Assembly (NCBI GenBank): GCA_977017575.1
Contig: CDRNVI010000030.1
Location: 1,116,001-1,180,000 of the forward strand
Source of the DNA: Paramoeba atlantica
Lineage: Eukaryota; Protista; Discosea
Length of the DNA stretch: 64,000 nucleotides
Reading direction: 5' to 3'
The notes below the pieces were generated by a model. It was given only the letters and a program-made list of their open reading frames with translations. It was not told the DNA's origin and did no database searches. The translations under genes and the position numbers were made by a program. Below are positions 10,236-21,210 of this stretch, one piece after another (position 1 is the first letter of the stretch; each line of letters opens with the position of its first letter).

Positions 10236-10907
10236 TTAGTATCTCCTAAGCACCACGAATATAGGAACTGATCCGTCAAAAATAATTCCTTCTTCGTCAA
10301 TGTACAATGTGCTCATACCCTTAGGAAGGTGATCAAAGGTCACCGCGCCACTAAAACGATTATACGCAAGGCGGAGGCGAATTAGTCCATCTGGCAAGCG
10401 CGTGAAGTCCAATGAACCCGATAACTGGTTCCCGCAAAGATTTAAGCTGCACAGTGCAGGAGGAAGTTGTGTTAGATCAATTGGCCCTGAAAAGCGAGTG
10501 CTCGGAGATGAGAATTCTTGTAGCCCTCGTGGTAGAAGGGAGGTTTCAATTCTACCCTCTAGGTAATTTTTTACCAGTAGACATCCCTTAAGAGCAGCCC
10601 CAAGATGAAGGTCCGTAACGGTGGAGGGGAGGTGTGCCCAGTCCAATGTCCCATGTAAGGCGAGACCACCCCAACGAATCGCTATGACTGTAGCAGGATA
10701 CGTACAATCGACTCCAGCCCACTCCGTCACAGACTTCTCTGCCGTCCAAGTCTTATGGTATTTGGAATAACGCGGTACCGTGACATTTGATATAAAGCGA
10801 GAGAGCTCATACTCTGGGGGAAGAATGTTTCCTCTAACTTTGCCTGGGCGAGACTGGGTGGTGTCGGCGCAGAATGGTAAAAAATAAATGCGAGGTACTC
10901 CGTTCAT
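10236..10907 (-). CDS. Small leucine-rich repeat protein with LRRNT cap (family copy 1)
   Basis: EWAGVDC cap; LxxLxLxxNxxSGxLDxxxLP repeats; first ATG at 10907. Confidence 0.85.
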   Translation of the reverse strand: MNGVPRIYFLPFCADTTQSRPGKVRGNILPPEYELSRFISNVTVPRYSKYHKTWTAEKSVTEWAGVDCTYPATVIAIRWGGLALHGTLDWAHLPSTVTDLHLGAALKGCLLVKNYLEGRIETSLLPRGLQEFSSPSTRFSGPIDLTQLPPALCSLNLCGNQLSGSLDFTRLPDGLIRLRLAYNRFSGAVTFDHLPKGMSTLYIDEEGIIFDGSVPIFVVLRRY

Positions 10908-11141
10908 GAACTCGTTCAGAAAATGTAAGCACAACTTCAATCAAAGGTTACGTAAAAAATTATTCTATCCCAATTGCACACTTAAAAACCTGGACAGGGT
11001 TTAAAAATTTGTATTCCCGACAGACGATTATTTTCGGGTGCCCGCCATAAGATTTTTAAATTTTAAACAGGTTTTATTCTGTAGATTCCGCCCGAAATGT
11101 GCTACCAGCATAAATAATTGCTACAAAAAAAGCAGCGTTAG

Positions 11142-11705
11142 TCAATTTTTTTTCACTCCCTGAACCATGAGGTCTAAAAATTTACGATTGTTTTGGCCTT
11201 TCATACTACTCGCCCCTTTTTTAAGCGAATTATCATCGTCGTCGGATGACCACATGTCCTTCGTACCGCTGCTATCCCTTTCATTTGTTGCTTCCTGAGA
11301 TCTCACGCCTTGGCATATTGTATTAAATAGTTGAACAATACCCAAAGTTGCTACACGGCGAAGTCGGGTTTCCAAGTCAGGGATCCTGCTGTGGTGTGGC
11401 AATACTCGTAAATATGATTGCCTACGCACCTCCTTTCGAAGAAGCTCTGATGCCTTATTTTCCTGCTGTTTTAATTCAGGAAGGTCAATGAAGACATCTG
11501 CTTCGCTTTCCGAACCTTCAGAAACGATTTGTAACTCGGAAGCGTCTTTTTTCGCTACCTCAATTCTTTTCCTCTGCCGTTTATTTCGAATTTTTTCACG
11601 CGCAGTGTCTAAAGTTTTTTGGGCTTCATCGCGACGTAAATGTGATAGAAAGGTGCCTTTCGACTGCAATATTTGTCGAACTTTGTCTTCGGCAATGGAG
11701 CTCAT
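11142..11705 (-). CDS. RRP15: Ribosome biogenesis protein RRP15-like
   Basis: LRRVATLGIVQLFNTI matches the Rrp15 motif L.K.ATRGVVQLFNA; charged low-complexity flanks. Confidence 0.75.
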   Translation of the reverse strand: MSSIAEDKVRQILQSKGTFLSHLRRDEAQKTLDTAREKIRNKRQRKRIEVAKKDASELQIVSEGSESEADVFIDLPELKQQENKASELLRKEVRRQSYLRVLPHHSRIPDLETRLRRVATLGIVQLFNTICQGVRSQEATNERDSSGTKDMWSSDDDDNSLKKGASSMKGQNNRKFLDLMVQGVKKN

Positions 11706-11926
11706 TGAGAAATTATAAATGTGCTTATATTTTCAGTTCAATATATTACGTTACTAATTGGATGAATAGAATAAGCTGAAAACTTAATAGTATTAGCCCA
11801 TATACACATGTACATGACCCAACTCGAAATCAAGTAAACAAAAATCGGTTGCAAATACCGGAAGTATTACAGTAGTAGTTCCAATAGGCAATTTACCTAT
11901 TCGAGTATCCTATCCTTCTAGGCAAT

Positions 11927-13144
11927 TTACCTATTCGAGGAAACTGATTTTACCGCACTAAGACGTCGCCGAACTTCGCATAAACTCTGCAGTATTTCGC
12001 AAAAATTCTTCTTTGCTTCCAGAAACAACTCTTTCGCTTTTTCTAGTTTTGGAAGTGAGGATTCCTCCAAATCAGTAGATGCTTGAATTATTTTTACGAG
12101 CTGTTCACTATCCGTAAGCGTCTTCTCCAACCGAGTTTTTTTCGAATTGAACTCAGCATGGATTCCTTTGAGTTGCGAAACGCCATGCTCTGTAAATGTT
12201 GATTCAGAGGGATTGTACAAAGAACACACTTCCAATGGGGTGCAAGGTGAAATTGTTACTTGAGGCTTTCCGAAAAGAAAATATGGTGTATCCAGGAGGG
12301 CTTCTACTGCTGGAAAGTTGAGGAATCGAACCATGGCACACATACGCATCTCGTCGCATTGTATGGCACATACGGTTGCGTAGTCCATAAAGAAAGGGAT
12401 CAATTCATTTATATCCGTTACGTCGCAGGGAATGTGCTCCACCGTGACACACGTTCTCGGTACCATCCATTGGTGCGAAACAGAGACTGTGCAAGTACAG
12501 GAGGCTGCGTACTCCTTCGGTAGCATTTCCCAGTTGGACTTTAGAACTGTGTAAGGAAAAAGAGCGGGTGAAGAGTGCTCTCTTTCACGGTACTTCTCAA
12601 TGGCATGAGGTCGCAAAGACCTTTTAGCATGGCGAGAAGCAGAGATTGCTATCGGTGCTGTTGTAGAGGGAAGGATTGCGGCTTCCTCCAGATTCCTACC
12701 GCCTAACACACTCTTCTTTTCACCGGCCACTATGGTTTCCCTTCCTTCATTTCTCGCAGGAGAAGAAATCGCAACGCTGCTCGTCCGAGCAGCTTCCGAA
12801 GCCGGAATTTGAGGAAAATATTGTAGGGTGTGCTTTTCAGAGGCATCAACTATTACAAACCAATTTTTTTTCAACAATTTTGTCACGAGATTCAATATTT
12901 CTGGATCGTCTATGAGCGGGAGTAAAGCCTCCCGCAGAGTGGCCTGTGGATCACTTCCTGCGCGTTGCATGAGGAGTACGTGGTTGCAAACCACATTCGC
13001 AATCATACCCGCAGAACCGGTCATTTCTGCGTCGTTCTTTTGTGACCTGTCAGACCAATTATTGATCAGTGGCTCCACAAGATCCATGGCAGCTCTTTGT
13101 ATGTGCCACCGGATCTCCTCTTCATTGTACGGACCGTAAGTCAT
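11927..13144 (-). CDS. RBM26/27-like protein (PWI-like N-terminus, divergent RRM, coiled coil)
   Basis: VTVEHIP...ELIPFF..YATV.....CAMVRF....F..P.VTI RRM pattern; helical N-terminus; C-terminal heptads. Confidence 0.5.
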   Translation of the reverse strand: MTYGPYNEEEIRWHIQRAAMDLVEPLINNWSDRSQKNDAEMTGSAGMIANVVCNHVLLMQRAGSDPQATLREALLPLIDDPEILNLVTKLLKKNWFVIVDASEKHTLQYFPQIPASEAARTSSVAISSPARNEGRETIVAGEKKSVLGGRNLEEAAILPSTTAPIAISASRHAKRSLRPHAIEKYREREHSSPALFPYTVLKSNWEMLPKEYAASCTCTVSVSHQWMVPRTCVTVEHIPCDVTDINELIPFFMDYATVCAIQCDEMRMCAMVRFLNFPAVEALLDTPYFLFGKPQVTISPCTPLEVCSLYNPSESTFTEHGVSQLKGIHAEFNSKKTRLEKTLTDSEQLVKIIQASTDLEESSLPKLEKAKELFLEAKKNFCEILQSLCEVRRRLSAVKSVSSNR

Positions 13145-13308
13145 GAAAATATTTCATACTAATGAAAGGGCATTAACACTTGCTAAATAACGTAGTGGTG
13201 AAACGGGTATAAATATTTCTCTCTCAAAGGTATGTCTTGATATTGCATAGTGATAAATTTAGAATGAGAGATCCACATAGGTTTACGAATACGCATCCTT
13301 CGTATCAA

Positions 13309-15204
13309 CTATTTCCTCCGCTCTTTTTGCTGAGATAAAAAGCCTCTCTCTGAGAATCGTTCGAGAGCCAAATTTTGGTTGTCATCTATGGTTCTGCCTT
13401 TCTTCGACATAACTTTGCGTGCCTGTGGACTCTCCTCGGATAGGCCAATGGGTTCGTCGTCGGAATTTCTTTTCTGCTCCTCGGTTTCATCTTCGCCCAA
13501 CGTAATATTCTGTTCTGCGTGCTTGAGTCGCCGTCGTGCTGTGCGAACCTCCTTGCGTCCATGTGTTCTTTGTCGGAGTTTGTATCGCTCAACGCCCTCC
13601 ATCTTGTTCAACCGTTTTTCTCTCTTGTGCTTCCTTTCAAGTCGGTGACGATTGGCCTCGGCAATCTCCTTGTGCTTCTGATTTTTGAATTTCTCGATTA
13701 CGTTGATCTCTTCCTCCGAATCCTCGGTGCCTGACTTGTCATCCGGAATTCCATTCTCTTCAGCTTTACGCTCTGCGTGGACCCTCTGGCGTTCCAGCAG
13801 CTTCTTTCGTCCTGTCTCGACATGCGCGCTGGCCACGACACCTCCAAGCGAAATGCTATCCGCGGGGAGCTTATCCAGAAGCATGTGAACCGGCCGCTCC
13901 CGCATTTGCTTCCCACTTTCGAAAACATCCGCGTGGTAGAAATCCGGCACCGCACATCCCGCGCCCGGGATCAGAATACTCGAAAACCCCTCACTGTGAC
14001 CTATCCCCAACACATCCTCATACGGACAAAACTGCACCTTCCTCACCTGCGTCATCCTCTTTTCAAAATTATACGCCATATACGGCTTCTTTACCCCACT
14101 CCCCCCTTGCGTAAACAACCCCCTCCACACCTCCACCCTCGGCCCCATCCCCACCGCGAGCATATCCTGATCCCCCACCCCCAACGCCGAACCCTGCGGC
14201 GTGTACACCTGCGCCACCCCCCGCATGGTGCGCAGATCCCACACCCGGGTCACGCTATCCCCCCCCTGGGTACACAGGTACCACCCGGTCCCATCCACCC
14301 CCACCCCGGTCACCGCCCCGCGGGACACCGCGATCTTCCCCAGCGCCTCCTTCCCCAGGGGGCTCCACAGCGAGACCACCCCATTACTGTGGCCCACCGT
14401 AAGCACGTTGGTCCGCGGGTTCCGACACAGCGCCTGGGTCGGCCCCAGCCGCGCGCGGTGCACCCCCACGAGCTTCCCGGTACTCACATCGAGCCATGTG
14501 AGGAGTCCGGTCTTACTCCCCCCACACAGTAAGAAGTGTTGGGGAAGAAAGGCTAGATGGGTGGTGTTCGCGAACTCACGGAGTTGGTGGATCTCTGTGG
14601 CCTCGTGGTTGTAGATGTAGGTGTAGGTTTTTTGGGCCACCGCGAACAGTTGGGCGTCGTGGAGATAGTGCAGGTCGTGGGCTCTTTCTTTAAGTTGGGT
14701 CTCGGCTTGGAGGGTAAAGTGTTTCCAGTGGAGGGTGGCGAGATGGCCACGGGAGCCGAGGAGAGCGAGGGTGGAGCCGTTGGGGGGGTAGGCGAAGGTG
14801 TAGGGGCCGAGGGTGGGGAGGGTGAGGTGGAAGTGCTTGCGGGCGGTGGGGGTGGGGGTGGAGGCCAGGAGGGTGGCTTGGGTGAGGGTGTAGGTTTTTT
14901 CGTCGGGGGTTTCGGGGAGGAGGTAGCCCTCGGGTTGCTCGTCGAGGAGTTCGGCACGGGCAAGACGACGGACGGCGGTGCGGATTTTGTGTTCGCTTTT
15001 GCGAAGGGTGGCTTTGAGACGTTTAGAGGAGGGGTCGAGGTGGGTGGTTTCGTTTTCGGTACCGCGGAGGTATTTGGTGCGGGAGGGGGCTGTGTGGGGT
15101 TCCAGTTTTGGTTTTGAAGTGTGTTTGGGGCGAAAGGATGTTTTTTCAGGTTCCTCCTCGCCTTCGGAGTCTGACTTGTACCACTGGGGAAGTGATGCGT
15201 CCAT
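13309..15204 (-). CDS. UTP7: U3 snoRNP WD40 protein UTP7/WDR46 (BING4)
   Basis: WD40 repeats (VGHSNGVVSLWSP, LGIGHSEGFSSILIPGAG); BING4CT-like D.FES.KQ.RE..V..LLDKLP. Confidence 0.9.
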   Translation of the reverse strand: MDASLPQWYKSDSEGEEEPEKTSFRPKHTSKPKLEPHTAPSRTKYLRGTENETTHLDPSSKRLKATLRKSEHKIRTAVRRLARAELLDEQPEGYLLPETPDEKTYTLTQATLLASTPTPTARKHFHLTLPTLGPYTFAYPPNGSTLALLGSRGHLATLHWKHFTLQAETQLKERAHDLHYLHDAQLFAVAQKTYTYIYNHEATEIHQLREFANTTHLAFLPQHFLLCGGSKTGLLTWLDVSTGKLVGVHRARLGPTQALCRNPRTNVLTVGHSNGVVSLWSPLGKEALGKIAVSRGAVTGVGVDGTGWYLCTQGGDSVTRVWDLRTMRGVAQVYTPQGSALGVGDQDMLAVGMGPRVEVWRGLFTQGGSGVKKPYMAYNFEKRMTQVRKVQFCPYEDVLGIGHSEGFSSILIPGAGCAVPDFYHADVFESGKQMRERPVHMLLDKLPADSISLGGVVASAHVETGRKKLLERQRVHAERKAEENGIPDDKSGTEDSEEEINVIEKFKNQKHKEIAEANRHRLERKHKREKRLNKMEGVERYKLRQRTHGRKEVRTARRRLKHAEQNITLGEDETEEQKRNSDDEPIGLSEESPQARKVMSKKGRTIDDNQNLALERFSERGFLSQQKERRK

Positions 15205-15663
15205 GTGTTTGATAAAAAGAGATGCTCTTGAAATAATATTTTCTAAATAACTTTTGAATTCTACGACGAGTCGATAGCCTCAAAACGAAACATGCGAAAT
15301 ACATCTAAATTTGTGTTTTCGGCCTTTTTTTGCAGAGGTCCTCATGAAAATATACACGTTGCATGCATGTACGTAGGAGCAAGCTATTCGTTGTCCAACT
15401 TCAACAATTTCGTCTTTCCTAAATTCGGTCCTAAAATTTTGGACGGAGTGCTCAGGTATGCTAACTTGACTTCTCAATACGTCTGACACTGTCATCGCAA
15501 GCGCGTAGTGTAATGCGTAGCGCACTAACAATCTAAAAAAGCACATCGGATTATCTTAAACGCCCAAACCTTCCTTTTTACCGCCATACATGTATGTTAA
15601 TCCGCCAGATATATGAAGAACGATGGCCCTTTCTATTCTGTACACACATAACACAAACCAATA

Positions 15664-17889
15664 TCAATGGCGCCGCCTTCGCTTGTCGTCACTTCTTGGG
15701 GCATAGTCGCGATGCCTACTCTTCATGCTTTGCTCAGAAAATTCTTGATGCTTTGATGACTCATCCTCAGGTACGGAGAGTTGACCTTTAGTGTCGATCT
15801 CCACGCCCCAAGTGTGGAAACGGAATCCGGACATTCCTGACCAATTCAGCCTGGGGTCCGTAGTAAGCGGGGAGATGGAGTTTTTGCGGTGAACCAAATT
15901 CTGTTGCTTTGGTATAGGCGGGGGAGCTTCCAGGTATTTCGGCTGAATGTCTTCCTCCGGCCAGTCAAAGCGGTAGCGATGCACCCCTTTGGGCAGTTTT
16001 CGTGTCTTTTTTGAAGTCTTGTGATCCGCAATGCTCCCAGAAAGACCATGGTGACCACATAGAAGGAAAAATTTCGAAGAATCTGTGTTGGTTTCATTGC
16101 TTGCCCACTCTTCTACGATTAAATTGTCGTTGTGCACGAACAGGCGGATTCCCAAGCGCTCACAACGTCGTTGATCCGCAGGAGAGAGTCGGCTAATGTG
16201 AACTTTTGTCTCCTCCCGTATCTCATCTAGGTTGATTTTCGGAAGAATCGCAAGCTCCATCCACCGTGGGGGGCAATTCGAGCAATCCGATCGAAACTTC
16301 TCAGGGAAATAGCTTTTCAGTGAGGTGTCCATCAACCGGACCAGTCGTGAAGGTAGCAACTTCTCCGCTCCCTCACGCGGAATCACAATCAGCAGTTGTT
16401 GCAGAGGAAGTAATGGGGTACCCGGGCGGGTAAACGACAGGTCCTCCGGGGTCAGTTTCTCCGGATAGATGGCCTCCAGAGAGGGGCCGTACAGGTAAGG
16501 GTAGCACCAGTCCCAGTCAGGGCAGTCCCGGTGGTAGTAGTGCTGCACCCACTGCAACCCATGGAGGTACTCCCTGTTCACCATCGCACGCGCGGCGCTC
16601 ATATCCCCTTCCGGGTCCGTACTGTCTTCCGGTAGACTTTGTGGCCAGTGCGCTTTGTAATACCGGTCCTGCCACCCCGGGACACTTACGCACACGGGGT
16701 CGTTGGTAAACAGTTTTGCGGTCTTCTTCCACGCATACATCTCTGCTCGTCGTCGTAGTGTGCTCCAGAACACAATCTCCGCGGATCCACCAAATGCCTC
16801 GTGTTCCTCCACATCTTTTTGGTACTGTTTCTCAATCTTATCGTACCAGCTCACAACATCCCGTGTGGGATCCTGGACGGCGACCAGGACGTGATTCAGC
16901 GCGCGAACAAACACTTGCAGCCCCTCGACGTTAATATTTCCCGCATAGGTGAGATAATCCCCAATGGTAGGTAGCACGGAGATGTACACCGCCAGGCACC
17001 GTCCAATAGCATTGGATGCAATCTTCATCTGGGGCAACGGGGGAAGAAAGTCATTTCCGACGAAGCAAAAGCAGAGGAGTAAGTCGTCCAACAAGCGCTC
17101 GAAATTCTTCAACATCAACGGCACCTCGGGGTTTAACAAAATTCCGGAAAAACACTGCCGGAAGTACTCCCGGACAATGTTTATACTCACAAAAATGTCA
17201 TCCCGGTAAATCATTATATTCGGGTCATGCACCGAGAGCCCGAGTTGGATTAAATCCGCATCCATCCCCACAAGGCAGTGCGTCAACCGGGGGTCATACC
17301 CCGGCGCCATACGCTGTTTCTTAATAAACTGAATCAGCTTGTGCTCACCCTCCCCGGGCTCGGAGGTATCCGACAGCAGCCACACCACATCGCGGTAGGC
17401 TGCCCAGGCGGGGTCGGCAATACGCTGGGCGATGTACTGCTCGACGGTCTTGCGCACTTTTACCATAAAGAACGTCCCGGGGGTGATTTGGTTCGCATCC
17501 CACATTGAGGGCATCGAGGGAACACTCATGCCGTACTGCTTCCACTCCTTTGCGAGTAAGTTATACATTTTATAATGCACCCGCATGTTATGTCGGGAAC
17601 AGAACCGTCGAGAGCGCTGCTGGGCCATTTTAGCATTCGGCGCGGGGCCGTCAAACGCAAAGTAGATCAGTTTCCGGGGCTGTGCGGCTGAGATGATCTC
17701 GTCGAGTTTGCTGCAAAAGTTGTTCATCATGACCTCTTCGGAGTCCACGACCCCGGAGACGGCCTCGCTGTGGCAGCAAGGGTGGAGGATTCCGTTCATG
17801 TCGACATAGAGGCAGTCAACTTGCTGTATGTGGACTTGGATGGCGGGGCAATGCGTGACGAGCCATTTGAAATACCCGGGAACACCCAT
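15664..17889 (-). CDS. XRN: 5'-3' exoribonuclease, XRN family (Rat1/Xrn2-sized)
   Basis: MGVPGYFKW, LYVDMNGILHPC, AFDGPAP.AKM.QQRSRRF, PGEGEHK, GMDADLI, VGNDFLP. Confidence 0.95.
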   Translation of the reverse strand: MGVPGYFKWLVTHCPAIQVHIQQVDCLYVDMNGILHPCCHSEAVSGVVDSEEVMMNNFCSKLDEIISAAQPRKLIYFAFDGPAPNAKMAQQRSRRFCSRHNMRVHYKMYNLLAKEWKQYGMSVPSMPSMWDANQITPGTFFMVKVRKTVEQYIAQRIADPAWAAYRDVVWLLSDTSEPGEGEHKLIQFIKKQRMAPGYDPRLTHCLVGMDADLIQLGLSVHDPNIMIYRDDIFVSINIVREYFRQCFSGILLNPEVPLMLKNFERLLDDLLLCFCFVGNDFLPPLPQMKIASNAIGRCLAVYISVLPTIGDYLTYAGNINVEGLQVFVRALNHVLVAVQDPTRDVVSWYDKIEKQYQKDVEEHEAFGGSAEIVFWSTLRRRAEMYAWKKTAKLFTNDPVCVSVPGWQDRYYKAHWPQSLPEDSTDPEGDMSAARAMVNREYLHGLQWVQHYYHRDCPDWDWCYPYLYGPSLEAIYPEKLTPEDLSFTRPGTPLLPLQQLLIVIPREGAEKLLPSRLVRLMDTSLKSYFPEKFRSDCSNCPPRWMELAILPKINLDEIREETKVHISRLSPADQRRCERLGIRLFVHNDNLIVEEWASNETNTDSSKFFLLCGHHGLSGSIADHKTSKKTRKLPKGVHRYRFDWPEEDIQPKYLEAPPPIPKQQNLVHRKNSISPLTTDPRLNWSGMSGFRFHTWGVEIDTKGQLSVPEDESSKHQEFSEQSMKSRHRDYAPRSDDKRRRRH

Positions 17890-18266
17890 GTAATGTGGAA
17901 AGTGAGAGAGGTGAGCAAAAAGAGATAAAAAAATTGAAGCAAGGTTGCGTTTGTGTAGGTACAGTGGTGGAAAAAAAGTTTATTGCTTTGAGGAAGGTGG
18001 TAAAATGAGAGTTATGAATTATGCTTCGGTTACTAATAACATCCCGGTTGTAAGGTTCCAGTGATAGTTTCCAGTGCGAGCTTTCATATGTACTTAATCC
18101 GGAACAGTATTTCGTATGCACATTACTAGAACGCCCGTTGTATACAATTTTTTTCATGAATCACGTTTACTCAAAGGCCACATCGTATTTCCTCTTTAAA
18201 CTTTTTTTTATTAGAAATAGTAAATTTATGATTTCATGACAGAACCGACGCCACAGAAGTCTCCGC

Positions 18267-18734
18267 CTATTGTGACTCTGCAACCTCCGTCGGTCCATCT
18301 TTTCCCTTCTCCCAGTGCTTGGAGAAATAGGCCCAACTATTCAATAACAATGCGATCGCTTTCCCCTGGGCGTTCATGATACTGTCCTCGGAGAGGCTGT
18401 TTAGCATTTGCCACGCCTGGAGCTCCATTTGCTTCTTTTCCTGACCCGTGTTTGTGGCCTGGTGAGATCGCTTCAGTCGGTTGACTGCCATTGCAACCTC
18501 CAGGGCAGGACACTCACCTGGAGTTGCGCCTGTTGCCGCAGACTCCGTCGGCTGTGCGGTCTCTGAGGCAGTGCAGTATGAATGCGCTGAGTGACTGAAA
18601 ACAGATTCGCTACAATGAGCAGAGGTTGGAGCAGGTTCGGATAAATGTGAGGTCGGTTTAGAACAGCCCATGACAGCAGGCGAAAGCACCCGCGGCATTC
18701 TGCGCGCAACGTACAGATAGGGAAGTCGTAACAT
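18267..18734 (-). CDS. Hypothetical protein with mitochondrial-type presequence
   Basis: MLRLPYLYVARRMPR N-terminus; helical C-terminal domain; on the gene-bearing strand. Confidence 0.65.
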   Translation of the reverse strand: MLRLPYLYVARRMPRVLSPAVMGCSKPTSHLSEPAPTSAHCSESVFSHSAHSYCTASETAQPTESAATGATPGECPALEVAMAVNRLKRSHQATNTGQEKKQMELQAWQMLNSLSEDSIMNAQGKAIALLLNSWAYFSKHWEKGKDGPTEVAESQ

Positions 18735-18817
18735 GAGTGGAAATAAAAGACAGCTGAGGCTAAAAAATCTTAGTTAGTTCTTATAAAAGGGGTTTACACA
18801 ATCAAATAAAGCTTATA

Positions 18818-19138
18818 CCCTAGACCCCCCCAGTAATAGACCCCACCCCCAGTAACAAGGATTTGACCATTTTTCGGCTGACCCCCAGTAACAAAGATTT
18901 GGCTCGGGAGGGTCGTTGGAGGGGGGAGGGGGTGTTAGGGCGGGTGGGGGTGGCTGGGCGGGGTGAGGGCGGTTGTGAGGGAGCGAATGGCGTGGTTGCC
19001 GGGTTGGGTGGGTTGAAAATCAACGCACCCATGAACAAAAAATATACTTTCTCACCCAAAAAGCATACCCCCCCAGTAACAAGGATTTGGCCATTTCGAC
19101 CCAAAATCGACTCTATTACTGGGGGGGGGGGTCTACGG
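18818..19138. mobile_element. MITE (~321 bp) with TA target duplication
   Basis: TA|CCCTAGACCCCCCCAGTAATAGA ... TCTATTACTG(G)nTCTACGG|TA; three internal CCCCCAGTAACAA(G/A)GATTTG repeats. Confidence 0.85.
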
Positions 19139-20379
19139 TACATGTGAATGACACCAACACAGCACAAACTCTGCAATTTATTCCTCTCTGCATAGGCGAA
19201 GAAAAAATAGTTTGATATACTTGAGGGGTTGCGGGTGGTGTCCCGCGAAACAGCGCTGAAACCACGCCGAACCCGCGCGAAACCGTTTCAACCCTCTAAT
19301 AATATCAAAAAAAAATCTTTCTTGGGGATTATCATTATCGGTGGAATCTCCCTTTTTTCCCCCATTTTTTTCAGAAAAAAATACTTCGAAGTTTTTTCGA
19401 GTTGAGCGATTTTACAATCCTTCTAGATTCGTATTGACAAAAGAGAAGACGGACAAAAACAACCTAAATTGCTCAAAAATATTTTTTTTTCGAAAAATAA
19501 CACCTTTTTCTTTACTATCTTGTGGTTTACAAGTGAACCCAACTCCAAATTTCCACGCCACCCATCCGTCTTCACATCCGAGACATTTTCACATCCGAGA
19601 CAATCCATTTCAGCTTAAAAAGATATTGAAAATAAGCTAAATCAATGAAAAATGTAAAATTCATAATATTTTTTTTTCAAAAATGTTTTTTTTGCGCAAT
19701 TTAGGTTGTTTTCCTCCGAGAAGACACTAACTTATTTAAATCAAGCCATTCGGGGACATTTATAGAAAATAAGAGTTCTACGGCTCAAATTGTGGCACAC
19801 CAGGTTGACAAAAGGTGTGATACACTAATAGAGTTCTGTAGGGTATCGATGCTGTATGGACAACACATGAACGAGAGAAATGAGAAATTGAAATTACGAA
19901 TGGCCTTCATTTCAGCCTCAGAAGATGAGCTGATGAAATATAAGTAAAAAATTTTAGTATTTGGAGTGCCCTTCAAAACTTTTAAAATTTTGGGGGAAAA
20001 AAGGGATATTTGACCTCATTATCTTTATTTAATAGTAGTATTTGCGTATTCACGTATAGTTTTCACGGGGGTTTCAGCATTTTTCCCACCTCTATCGAGA
20101 AAAGGCCTTCGAGTCTCCCTGAAACCGCGCGAAACTGGGCGAAACCGCGCTGAAGCCGCACCAGCAGCCCCTCACTCGTATGCTGATCTCGTTTTGTTGC
20201 AATATTTACATACGAGTAGCATAAAATTTCAATTTTCACAATATTTCTACTAATTTTCACAAAATTGACTAGCCCTTTTCCATGAAATCTTCTATCCAAA
20301 TTTTTAAAAATCCTAACCATGAGAAACGATTCAAAGAAACACACTTAGTTAGTACGGTCTTTCATACATTCTCGCAACA

Positions 20380-21210
20380 TTACGGTACAAGTGTAATGTT
20401 GGTATTTCTAATGTTGAAATTAAAGTGTGGTTGTTTTTTCTTTCTGATGGGAAGTAGATGCTTTTCTACCTCGCCATGTAGATTTACGTTGTTTGACAAG
20501 TCCAGCTGGTTCAATGTACTTGGAATGCTTCTTACTTCTATGTCAACGTTTCCGGAAAAATTATTTTTGTACAGTCGAAGATAGGATAGGTTTGGGAGAT
20601 TGTTTAGATAGAGTTTTCCTGATAACTGATTACGGTCGAGACAGAGATATTTCAACTCTAACGGCAGTTTAGTTAAGCAAACTTCACCTGTAAATCGGTT
20701 AGCAGAGAGATCCAAATTGCGCAAATTCGGAGGGAGTGATGTCAAGTCCAATGATCCACTGAGCTCATTGTTCCGAAGAACTAAACATCTTAACTCGCAA
20801 GGCAAAATGTTCAGCGGAACTTCGCCAGAAAGATTGGTAACGAAAACATTAAATGTGTGCAACGTCTTTGGGATATAACCAAAACTCAATGAACCTGTGA
20901 GTTGTTCGTCGGACTGACTTATCCCGGACCAATTTATACACTTAATCTCATCCGCTTCGTTGCAGTCCACGCCGTCCCATTTACAAGCAGGGGTTGATGT
21001 TTTCCACGTGGAATGCAGGTTTCCAACATTACGCACAAGTTGTGCGAGTTCGTATTCTGGTGGGAAATTCGCCATGCTCACTCTTCCTGCACGTACTTCG
21101 TGTGTTGACTTTGGTATTTCTTGACGTAAAGCAGAATTCGTTGAAGGATTAATTTGGTGACGATTCGTGGAGGGCTCCAATGTGTCACGCAAAATTGCAG
21201 TAAGTAGCAT
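20380..21210 (-). CDS. Small LRR protein (family copy 2)
   Basis: CKWDGVDCN cap; about 6 LxxLxLxxNxLSG repeats. Confidence 0.88.
   Translation of the reverse strand: MLLTAILRDTLEPSTNRHQINPSTNSALRQEIPKSTHEVRAGRVSMANFPPEYELAQLVRNVGNLHSTWKTSTPACKWDGVDCNEADEIKCINWSGISQSDEQLTGSLSFGYIPKTLHTFNVFVTNLSGEVPLNILPCELRCLVLRNNELSGSLDLTSLPPNLRNLDLSANRFTGEVCLTKLPLELKYLCLDRNQLSGKLYLNNLPNLSYLRLYKNNFSGNVDIEVRSIPSTLNQLDLSNNVNLHGEVEKHLLPIRKKKQPHFNFNIRNTNITLVP

Noticed and set aside
10980-11090. AT-rich imperfect inverted repeat as a MITE
   Set aside because: Low complexity, no TSD, no second copy in the window
13777-15117. Several + strand and alternative-frame ORFs (251, 137, 186 aa)
   Set aside because: Overlap UTP7 inside a skew island; low-complexity artefacts
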